From contig CM119371.1 of the NCBI GenBank assembly GCA_051294905.1, positions 16,990,001 through 17,054,000 on the forward strand: a DNA stretch of 64,000 nucleotides. The letters run 5' to 3'. Within the stretch, counting starts at the first letter, position 1, and each line of letters begins with the position of its first letter. Under the pieces are notes generated by a model. The model worked only from the letters and a program-made list of their open reading frames with translations. It was not told the origin of the DNA and ran no database searches. Below are positions 49,583 through 61,452 of this stretch, one piece after another. The DNA comes from Botryllus schlosseri. Taxonomy: Eukaryota. Position numbers and translations under genes: made by a program.

Positions 49583-51548
49583 ATTTCTAAATTTACAGTT
49601 TTGTGCGTACAGCGTCCATCGTAAAGCTTACTAAAGCCATGAATGAAAGTCGTCGTATTCCTCGGGCCATAATATCGTTTTCTCTTGATTATAACAAGCA
49701 GGGCGTATATTCAGACGACAGTAAAATAGGTCATTTTGACTTACTAACGATTTACGACGTCACAGCAGCTTCTGGCTTCGCATAAAAACTATTTCATAAG
49801 ATTTGTTTGACAATAAACTCTCCCCACTATGGTATTGCTGATGTAATCACATCCAGCAGGCCAGTCACGATAGTCACTAACGAATACAGAGGCGTATACA
49901 TGGATGTCATGCGCAATTTCCATGAAGATCGTGTAACACGCGTGAGGATAGCCATACAATACATACACCTCAATGGTTCTACTGGCAACCCCCGCAGTTC
50001 AGTAACAGTTCCAATAAATCGGGATGATAACTGCAGGGACGGGGAAATTTGTTAACCGATATAATTTGATCAACTTTACTTCTCAATTCTCAAATTCGTC
50101 GCCGGCAACATAACGTTGCTCAGTAAGCCTACATTTCTTCCGGCACAGCCTCCACACTACTTAGCAATCGCAATATGCATGGCTATGTTTGTAACTCGAA
50201 TTTGTAAACGTGAACATCACTTCAAAATGAGTTCATTTCTGATTGGTGATTAGGAAGGCAACGAGGACTTGAAAACTGCATTGTAATTTTCACACAGGCG
50301 CCACCGTGTCTGCTCTTTTCTGCGATCAATCAACGTATTGTGCATAACTGAATTCAGCCTTCAAGGCGCGTGATATGTCGAGTAAAGCGAATTCGCGAGG
50401 GATATTGATTGTAGGGATGACAGCAATTTTGATTTCCTAAATGCACAAGCGTCATATCGAGCTCGATTAAAATTATTGATCGTTTGCTACAGACTAGAAT
50501 TATTTTGCGCATAATTCAAAATTTCGAAGAAATCTCTTGCGTCACCCTTGCGAGACGAAAATGCCACACTATACTGTGTCGCGACACACCTGTTGAAAAG
50601 CAGTGCGTTAATGAATCACCATTCAAATCACAGAAGTATATAGCCTATGTCCTGCGATTTTAAATAATCGTTCCGGTAACATACTGCTGTAGAAGGTGAC
50701 GTCGATTAACATAAATGCCGACATCAAACCGCCATGCGGTTCATTCTGATTTGTCTATCTCATCCTCAAGAGCGAAATAAATAGGCATCTTGTTTAACGT
50801 GATATATACTTCAAATTTCGCCAGAGAAAGATCATAAAAACAATTATTTGCAGATGTATCGCCAACAGTAGATTACGTTACATCGATGTAGGGGGTATCA
50901 TCAAACGTAATTTTTCGTTTAGAAATGTTGACTTTCCATCACCATATTTTCTTTCTCTTGATACATAGAAACAATGTTTGCAATATCTAGGTTGCTGATT
51001 GCGAAATTGATATATGAAAACAAAACATTTACACTCCAAAATTAATTGCTTCTCGCTTTCAAACTCAATTGTCTATAGATTGTTTGCTTCGCTGGAAAAC
51101 TGTCGGGTCATAGATACATGACAAAGTCGGATCATGATTTAACATTCCGTCACTTCGTTATTGCCACATTCAAGAAGAGGCAGGGTACGTCCGAAACTGC
51201 AGTTGCTGATGATTCCCTGTGTGGTGTCAAATATGACTCGAAGTGTAACGAGGATTTTGGTTTCCTAAATATTTAGCTCAGATACACTATGACATCAAAA
51301 TCTGGAAATTACTTCCAATACAGTAGAATAGATAGTTTAAAATATAAAGCTTTAGACCGATAAATTCATCATGAATTTGTGACTACATTCGCGAGTATGA
51401 TCAACGATGACATGGTAAATCTCATACACATATTTGCGATATTTAACTAGAAAATTATTATCTTCGCTCCTGGCACATGCCACGACCTTGCTAAACGAAA
51501 CATAACTGCACGTCATTATTATGAAGATCCTAACATACAGCGTTTATT

Positions 51549-53763
51549 ATGAATCTGTTAATGTGGTTTGTTACTGGAGCTCTATTATTCGTCAATACGA
51601 TCAACGCGTTTCCGTATGATGATGATGGTAATCAATTTCCGACCACCGAAGAAATCGTACAGAGACTTTCGAACTTGGAACAGAGACTTTTCGACTGGAA
51701 ATATGGTCTCAGTTTGAAAATACTACAACATACTGGTGAGTGAGTGCCTGCATAAGCATTAGCATCTAGGTCTACTCATGTGATTTAACCAGAGATGGTC
51801 AGTAACGAAGTAATTTCAATTTTTCAAAGTACTCAAGTATGTTATGCCGATTTGCGCTACTTACCCAAAAGGCGATGACTTTAGTCTACTTCTAGTTCAC
51901 AATTTTAAATTTCTCAGGCATAAGTAGACTTAGAATACTTACATTCTTATATGTTTGGAAATCACTACTTTTATTTGTATACTGGAATAGGAATTTATTA
52001 CGTAATTTTACTTCTTCATGAGTACGAACAATGACTGGTTCTGACGTATGGTATGGTTTAACGATGGTATTATATTCGATATGCATTATGCAACTAAACC
52101 AAAATTCAGTCTATGTGAAATTTAATTTCTATGCGATAAGAAAAACATAATATGTATATTTTTGAAGCCCACACATATTATCGAATATCTAATATCATAC
52201 CATCATCTAATACCATAATCTAATATCATGCACATAAATAGAAATATATCGATTAACATATTGTCGTCCAGAAAAATAACTTTTATTTAATTGATCATTT
52301 TTTTTCAGATAAGTGTGCGGTTGAATGGAATGGCATCTGCTTCTTTGCCTTATTCTATCATCCCGGCAAAGTCAATAAATAGGCTGCAAGATTAGGCTGC
52401 AATAACGAAGCGCCGAGCTTGGCAACATTTATGCTGAAGATCAATACTACAATATTATGGAATACCTTAGACCATATATTGCTGCTAAAAATGAAGGAAG
52501 CGGATTTTCAATCTGGACGGGAATGAGATACGAGCCGAAGGTACTGAATATTCTCCTTTGCCCGTTTATATCCATACATCCATGATTTCTTATGGAATAG
52601 GGGTAGGATCTTCACAATAGCCGGCAAGGTCAAATATTTCAAGCCATACGGTTCTCATAAAAATTAAACCAGGTAGTTGACCTACTCCTGAGAGTAGAGT
52701 TGCATTTAAAACAAATGATCGTGTAAAACACTTTGTTTAAAACATGTTTAAAAGGTGTTTTAAACGGAGGCCTTTTAAAAAAATGTTTTTTTTTAAGTTG
52801 TAAAATCATGCCCTAATTGTGTAAATACTTTCCAAGAAACATGTTTTGTAAGTCTACGGACAATTACAACCCGATATAGCCGAGGTATACGATATGGGAT
52901 GGTTGAAACCCTCGAAATAGTCGGTTAACAGCTATAGTACGTAGATATTTCGTAAAATAAGCTCTATTTACCCATTATTTTCAATCGTCAATGCCAATCC
53001 ACTATGGCGTCACAATTGAATATTCATGACGCCATGGCTTGAAAAAACAAAAACAATACAGCACAAAACATGTTAAACAATGGCCTTGTTTTATACATGG
53101 CTGTTTTAAATTGATATTTGTTTTAAATGCAACCCTAACTGAGAGCAACCAATCGCTGAAATGAGGCATAGATTCAATGTTGAATGCTAAAGGTTCATAA
53201 CACATAAACACGATCAGAGTTTTGAATTTTGACTGAACTAGAATCCGGCAAGTTTTGCGGAGATGCGATTACATTCGTACTATTGTTTCCTCGTAGAAAG
53301 TCTCATCCAGATCGGGATCTGGAATATCCTATCAAATTTACTGCTACAATTCAATAAAATTATTCTACTCTTTCACGGCATTATTGAATTTATATAATAT
53401 TGTCAAGTGATTACAAGAAGAAAATCCAATGATGCTTAAAATTGAGCAATTTGCCTAAATCCGATCATGTATTTTACGGACACAATAGGGAATTTATGTA
53501 TAGCGACTGTAGCGATCTCTTTTACAACGTGACATGCAAATGCATTAAGTGCCGTCAATGTTACTTTTCAGTCTCAAATCGTTTACCTGGCCGATGGAAC
53601 CAAGGCGCCATTTGTACATTGGAGATCGGGATATCCTCGAACAGAATCTGACCATACGAATGTACCGCTCTCCGTGCAACCACAAGGATCGGTGTATAAT
53701 GGGATGAGCAACATGGAATCTTCGTCCGTAATTTTCGGGACTCTGTGTGAAATAAATATTTAG
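51549..53763 (+). pseudogene. Coiled-coil + C-type lectin-like gene, copy B, disabled (exons 51549-51735, 52309-52540, 53572-53763)
   Basis: Paralog of copy A with intact splice sites; TAG at 52380-52382 (GAG in A) and a 1-nt deletion near 52405. Confidence 0.85.
52695..53137. mobile_element. TAGGGTTGC-family MITE in intron 2 of gene B
   Basis: Both TIRs; TSD CCTGAGAG/ACTGAGAG. Confidence 0.92.
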
Positions 53764-54680
53764 AATGAAACGAACATTACAAATCAATGAATATATATAA
53801 AATACATTGGCCGCTACGTTACTCATAATGGAATGATACCGATGCAACGTTATTTGCTAGCTTGGCTTATCGGCTCGGGTCATGATCAGGGTAGCATTTG
53901 AAGGGACACTGCACTCAAAAAATGATGTGATCACAAATTGAAGGGCAAGACGAAGAAAAAAAATTTGGCCGCAGCCATTTTCTTCAGAATGCCACAGTAA
54001 TGGAGCTGCAATTTATTGAAATTTCCACAAACACAACACGCTGCAGCTGTCGCGACTGCGCGTCATCGTTTCTTAACCCGTTGACAAAATCTATGACACG
54101 ATATCTTCACCGTCGCACTTGCTCGACGCGATTAGGCAATCACTTAGAGAACGAACTTTAGTTAGTTGTCAGCCGATGGTATGAAGGAATCATTTCTTAC
54201 ACACCAAGTCGGCGCTCAACGTACGGTGTTAAGTCAGGAGGATTTGTGTCTGCAGCTTGTCATGACTCTATAATATTAGCCAGTTGACTGATATTGAGAT
54301 GCCATTACAGTTGTATATTGATGCAAAGCTATATTGATAAGGCTGTAATTTTCAAGATGCATTGATAACTGCACAGTGCACAAACTTCGGAGTAGTAGTC
54401 TTGCGGAGGAGACAGACACAGGATATTTTGCATCACTTACCCATGACATAGCAACTATCTTGATACGTTCCAGTTTACTTGTTCAAGACACAGATATATA
54501 GATAGTCAACACGAAAACATCATTATTTCATTCCCATCAAAGTTTCAGTATTGTTGTGGAAATTTTTATCGTATCATTGTTGTTATCAGTTTCACAAACG
54601 AATCTTTTGTCTCCATCAGTGCAATCATGCAACTCCTTTGACACGTAGATAACGTAAAATTTGTTGAAATTAATAACGGT

Positions 54681-56450
54681 ATGGAAGAAGATCTTGTCGA
54701 TGAATTAAGTTCTGATGAAGATACAGATGTAGAAGATTTCGATGATATCACGATATTTGGTGAGAGACTGGCGTATCAATTCAAGCCCCAATATACAGAG
54801 GAGGAATTCGCCCGTCTTGTTGCAACTCTAGAAGCAAAAACTCATGTCTCTGTAAGTATTGCACCTGTGCTTCTTGAATGCAATTTATTAATCATATTGT
54901 ATTGGTCAAAGGAATCGTCAACTTCGGACACCTGAATGGTGCAGTTGCTTGAACTGTGCTTCCAGTAAACAACCAACCATTAAAGAACCCTGCGGGATGG
55001 TACCGATCAGGCTCCATTTTATTGTTGCAAGGATATGTCTAAAATATGTAAAAAGGATAATCTTGGGTGACATTTAAACAAGAATAATTTCGTTGCGCTG
55101 ATATTCGTTCACATTTAATAAGTTCGTTGGATCCATTAGATATCGTTACTATTGTTTGGTTTCACTGCATACGGCTGTAAACAGAGAAAACTCAAATTGG
55201 TCTATCGAATCGTGTATGTTTTCATTTACGGCCTTCACTATAAGTATATTCGTTGTCTTGTATGTACACTGGGCATGGCACCTAGTTTGATTTCGAAAAT
55301 AACTATTATATTTAAACCGTACAATTGGCCAACAAGGTTGTGCTGATGCTGAAATTTAGGGTATGCCGAATACCCAAAATGTTCACAGCAGTGACGTGCG
55401 GTCCAATGAGGCAGGTGAGGCAGTGCCTCACCTGTCGTCAGGGCGAATAAGTGAAAATTGTGTAAACCCTCCATGAGTCGACGATTATTGATATTTTACA
55501 TCGATGTTCATAAATAACTAAATTTGAACATTTTTTCACACAACATCATCAATTTGCATAATTATTATTCAAAAATACAGCGCGAAAGGAGAGTTGCGGC
55601 ACATGTGAGGCACGGGCGGGTCGTGTCTCACCTGCGACGATTCAATTCATCATAAATAGCTCGAAATTCATAATAACTGGTATCAATCAAATGCTATCGT
55701 CACACTGATTCCGAAAACCCAAATATTAGCAGTGTCAGACCACCAGAACCCCCTCAAAATCGGCAGTCAAGGTGACATTCGGCTTTATTACAAACAATGC
55801 CATCGCAGAGAAACAATAGCCGGGTAAGGCACAAACGAATTTGCCTCGTGCACTATTCGTTAACAATTGGGCAATCGCAACACTGTGAAACGCGCTATTG
55901 ATTTTGGAATACAATTACAACAGTCTTGAGTTGACTGTCCTGTAGGGTCCTGTAGAGCAAATACATTCCCTTACTTATGTAGCTGTTATTTATTTTCCGT
56001 TAAATTGTTGTATGTGATAGCTACTTGCATAAACAGCATTGTCGTTGCTTTATGCTTCGAATAATTTATACCGATACTTGAAGAGATAGTAATTATTTTC
56101 CGTCTAAACTAGCCCCTTTAGCACAATAGCGACCAGCCCTGCATGTATCGTATAATGTGTAATTGCAACAGCTATCAATGTGCAAAGAAAATGCTCTCTA
56201 TACCCGCTGCTGTTGTTATCAACATTTTCGATCTCTTTATCAGGTAGGCTACTTTACGTGCGTGTGTGTTTGTATGCGTGTGTCAGGGGGGCGTCATTGC
56301 CTCACCAGCCATGAGCCTCATCGCACGTCGCTGATTCACAGGCATATCTAGCATACCGAGTTTCGGCATTCATGTATGAAAATTGAACATTGAACATATG
56401 ACTTCTCCGCTGTTAAATCCCCAGGAACATGGTTAGTCGGATAAGGTAGC
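54681..56450 (+). pseudogene. Decayed P2X7 C-terminal (ballast/ZCD)-like ORF, probably the accessory gene of a Kolobok-type transposon
   Basis: Acidic N-terminus + AYQFKP, then EWCSCLNC...T.KE...CC.D, and beyond the 55389 MITE LAYR...IP..MVSRIR; Kolobok-like start TTGA-AGGGACACTG at 53898. Confidence 0.55.
55389..56333. mobile_element. hAT MITE, CAGTGACGTGCG family (TGAGGCA/TGCCTCA motifs)
   Basis: CAGTGACGTGCG / CGCACGTCGCTG; TSD GTTCACAG/ATTCACAG. Confidence 0.9.
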
Positions 56451-56549
56451 GCCAAAGACGAAAAGATTCTTAATTTCGCGAAGGCCTGCTGTTGAATTAG
56501 GTGAACTCAGCAGATATGGTTGTTGGATATATAATAGCATCATGTGAAA

Positions 56550-56689
56550 TACGTCGGAGCCGCAGCAAGCCCTCAAATAACTAGCTCCAGCTCCGGCTCC
56601 AGCTGAAGTTTATATAGAGCTCCGGCTCCATCTCCGATAAAAATGCACGGCTCCGGGCTCCGGGCTCCGGCTTCGGCTCCAAAGCCCTG
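56550..56689. mobile_element. Right end of a MITE with GGCTCC repeats
   Basis: GCTCCG array ending GGCTCCAAAGCCCTG. Confidence 0.55.
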
Positions 56690-57875
56690 GTGGCAACTAA
56701 TTACCAAAATATTACTTTGAGAGCGATTGTCTGTAACAGCAAGTCACAAGAGATCGATATCTCTGAGGTGCTATCTTCTCAGCGATCGCGGGTTTGCAAC
56801 TAATTTCACACCTATTTCAGGTGTTAGTTTGCGAGCGCGGCCATTGTTGGTTTACGAATCACAGTCTACGACGTCTCTGTGGCAAACTAATTACCAAAAT
56901 ATTACCTTGCGAGTGATTCCTGCCTCTGTTAAACCAACTACGAGATATTTAGCAAACTATGTCACACCTGTTTGAATAAACATTAGTTCGCAAACGCACC
57001 TATAACCGAAATCGTTAGCATGCGACCGCGCCCATAAGAATAGGCATATTGGTATCGCACTCACCGTAAACGTTAGGATTAACTCGAATCGGTGGCGTCA
57101 TTGTATCTATACTTGATCATTTTGCAACACCACTCCATCGAAGATCCCTATACCTACTACGTTACTTCACTACCACAAAAGAATGCCCAGAGATCCCACA
57201 AGAATGGCAGGTCACCAGGGGGTGTAAAAGGGTGGGGTCACCAACACGAGTTTCGAGGCAGGTCGTCGCTGCACCCACAAGAGTCCCATGCATCTCGCCA
57301 GATTTCATAATAACTACTTGGGTCTCTATGCTAGAACCTTGAGTTTACATTAAATACCATCAATTCTCGTATAGGTAGATTAATACGTGTTTAATGTATC
57401 GCTTCTCCGCCGACTGGAGAAGCTCCGCGCCCCTGCAATAGACGATGCAAATAAAATCGCTTTACAGAAATGCAAAGCTATATGGACCATGGAATATCTC
57501 GATTCAGAAACTGGAAGCCATTACAAAATCTTTCGACCAAATCTGGAGGTGATACTACGATCAGTCCCACCACGATGCAACGAAGCTATACGTTGTTTCG
57601 ACTATACGCACTTGTCACTGCGGATTCAATGCACATCTCTACCACGCTGGCTGCTCGGAATCACCAATGTGCGAGCATTGCGACGAATTGGAATTGGAAT
57701 TGGAATTGTTTTCATGAAATTTCCTGGAATCGTATTGGTCAAAATGTATCAATCGCCGTTGTGCAAGAAGAACCACTGGATGTTTTTATAAATAATAATA
57801 ATCAAGCTGTATTCCCCATGACACGCGAATAGTTTGTTGCGTCCATTGTTTGTAGGGTCACTTGAAGTAATAAGT

Positions 57876-58696
57876 CAGAGGTCTCAAACACGCGGCCAGC
57901 GGCGGAGAGCATTTTGTGCCGCCCGCGACGGCATTTCGGAATTTCAAGTGATCAACATATATTCAAGTGACGTATCCTTTTTGGATGTAAGAACTTAAAG
58001 TTCATCCTAAAACTACTATAAAACTCACTGAAATCACAACAATTTTGTTTAAAATAGACAGGAGCTACAGGAAATCTCATTGGAAGCACAAGGGGTACGA
58101 TCGTTAAAAAGTTTAGGAAACAGTACTATTACAATTGCTCAATAATGATTATATTTAAGTTGTTATTGATATGTTCCAATAATAATCGAAGACAAAATCT
58201 AACGCTGATTTAATTTGACTTTGGCAATAAAAATAACTTATACTTATCACGACTATATCAAAACCGAGATTAGGCCACACCACTCAAATGCTTTAATATC
58301 AGATCAATCATCAGTACATTTTAAAATATTCTACATAAAATTGTGGCACGTCAAAGTTCCCTACTAGCTGCAATATAATAACCCGACAGTTTGACGATGT
58401 CATGATGCATCCTCTCGTATGATGTCTTTAACTCATTAAATAAAGAAATTAGGTCCGGCACAAAATCAATTTTATTCAAATATTTTAAAACGTGATTTTT
58501 TTCCGTGTCAAGAGTGAATAATACAATAGTAAATTACATTTCCACGATGTTTGTGGAATGCCTGTATACAAGGTCCGTCAAATAAGGTCTACTTGGAAAT
58601 TATGCATCGGAAATCCCTATTAATGATGCTGCGGCCCGCGGTGTCATCAAAAACTAGGAAATTGGCCCGCGAGTACATTTGAGTTTGAGACCTCTG
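57876..58696. mobile_element. CAGAGGTCTCAAAC-family MITE (821 bp)
   Basis: Both TIRs; TSD TAATAAGT/TTATAAGT; left flank resembles the interior of the same family. Confidence 0.93.
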
Positions 58697-60602
58697 TTAT
58701 AAGTCGAATCGTCTTCAGTTTGTCACCAAGTCAGTTCGAGTTCGATAGATACTACGACAGGTCGAGTCAAAGTCCAAGTCACAGCGAATCATCTGCTGGT
58801 CATGATTCATCATCGTAAATAGGCAACATGACGAATATGATCTTGCAACACCTGGTTGCTTTCGAGGTGTTGGGGAATTCTAATGAGTGGTCATTCGGTT
58901 TTTTTTTAAGCAAATTTACAGTGAATTATAACTTTTCAAATCAGAAATGCAATTTAAGGAGTATTCAAATAGCATATCTGTACATGAACTTATTCAAGAA
59001 TTGATGGACTAGGACTATATTTCCACTCCTTCTAAAACATTTGTTCGACCCAAGTGGCTGAGCCACTTACTAGAAATCTTTTAAATTTTGTTGAGTGGGA
59101 AGCAGCGTTTTATTTCATTTGCAATAATTTTACAAATGATGCTGTCACAAATAAAACCATGCGATGTATTTACTTTTTCATAATATCATGGTATAATTCA
59201 AAAAATTTGCACCAATTTGTGACTGCATCAATAAGTTTGTGTTGGCCGCTATTCGGTTGAAATTCTTTTTCTCTGTAGTCTATGACTATGCCATTGAATT
59301 ACAATTTGCAATAAATGTCCAATTTTATCAATGTCGTCACTAATGCCAATAATTGAAGGAACTTACCAATCCTACGTAATTTATTATTAGTAATTAATTT
59401 TAAGAGAATATTGGAAGCAATTGCTTTGATATTAAAGAAGTTGGAGTCGGAGTCAGATCAGAAGCATTTTTACAAACCACGACCCCAACTGAAGCCGGTA
59501 TTTTTTTCTCGATTCCGACTCCAAGGCGTGCTAACACTGTTCGAGACTTGGTCTCGACTCCACTAAGCGAACTATGACCGTGACTTTGACGCTTCGACTC
59601 CGACTCCACAGCCCATTTCGCCAATTTGTAACTAGCGCCCCCTTCGAGGTCAGAAACGCCGCCAGGGGGTGCTGGTGCCCACTTTGGAAACTACTGGTGC
59701 AAATAAACTGTATGATATGAGTTACAATTATGAGTTGGCAACAGGTACTATGGCTCCTGTATAAATTATGCCCAAGCCTATTACAATAGACAATTTATTC
59801 ACGGCGGTCGACAGTAAAATTTGAGCAAATGCTTGTTGAAGTCGTGGCGTTTGATACGCGTTTGCGCCGTGCAGTTATAGCAGTATTGACATAGCTCGAC
59901 AAATATTTACTGATTGTTCGCGATGAGTCATACACCGCGATCAAACGAGGTTCGAAGGATGAAGCTGTAAGTAAGTTCATGACCCAATGTAATCTCTACC
60001 ACAGTCTACGGCGCTAATTGAAAAACAGACATGGATTATCAGGGAAGTTTACGGTTATTTCTATGTTGAGAAACTTGTAATAAATAGTTGGTTAAGTTTC
60101 TATGATTTTTTCCGAAAAGTTTAAAAGAAATATGTCATTATGATGATAACGTGATGGAGATAACTCACTGAACTAAATGTTGAAACGTAGGCCTACTGAT
60201 TACAAGAACACAAACTCTCACCACTAATAAACATTGATCAGAAACGAGATTTAGGAAGTAGGGAAATACCATATATTTAGTCAACATGCACTTACTCAAG
60301 TATTCATGGACTAGGACATGCAGGTTTTCTTAATCATTTGCTCGACCCAAGCATAGCTAAGCTACACTACAAATATTTTAAATTTTGTTGTGTGGGAAGC
60401 ATCGTTTGGTTTTATTTACATCAGTTTTACAATTTTGAAAAAGCCAAACGATGTATTTACTCTGTCACAGTACCATGGCATAATGGCAAAAATTCCAAAA
60501 ATTGCATCAATTTGTGACTGCTTCGCGAAGATGCATATTGCGATTTTCTTCCTTTATGCAACTGAATGGTGATTTGCAAATGATGTCCAATTTTATCTAT
60601 AT

Positions 60603-61452
60603 CAGGGGTGGCCAACCTTGTCAACCAAAGGGCCACATGAAATTTACGAACCCTTGCGCTGGCCACTTGAATTTTGATGACCATTTTTAGTCATCCGATA
60701 GGAGCGAACCGAATTAGGTAACGTTGAAAACAATACTTATATGACTACGCTTCATAATTAATAACAATTATGTTATGAAAACTCGTCCTGGTCGCGCCAG
60801 GCGCGAAATTTTTTTAAAGGCAGTGAATGAATTCGATCAATAAATATGTTACTTTCATATATTGGGATCGCCTCTATATACGACCGAGCTCATTTGGCAA
60901 GGACAGGATTATTCGGCATTTAGACATAGCAATATCGAAGGTTTCAGTGAACGTGCCTATATTATTTTGTGCAAATGTTTCATCGCCAACGATTTGATAA
61001 ACTGATGAAAATTGCTAATAAACCGAAGTATCTCACTGCGAGCGCACAAGCGAATTCGCATGTTGGACGACACGTTATCTCCTAATTGCGAATATAGTTA
61101 GACTAAATTCTGTAAATTACGCGTATTATTAATTTTCTGGAGGGGCTCCAATACTAAATGCAAGAAACCGAGTGACAATATGTCATGCGAAATGCTAAAA
61201 AAAATTCCAAGTCAAATAAATCTGCTACGACATATTGGACGTTTTGGTCATATACGAAGATCTGCGATAAATGTGGCTGGACCCTGATTACGCCAATGCG
61301 TCGGAAATGATGTTTTCGCCATCATCATATTTCGCGGTCAGGCTAATCAAATTTTGGTTAGCATTGCAATTTACCTGATGTTATAACTAATTTTGAGATT
61401 TGCCTCGCGGGCCACACAAAACCTCTCGCGGGCCACGGGTTGGCCGCCCCCA
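60603..61452. mobile_element. Nested hAT MITE related to 24322-25040
   Basis: CAGGGGTGGCCAACC / GGTTGGCCGCCCCCA; perfect TSD ATCTATAT. Confidence 0.92.
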
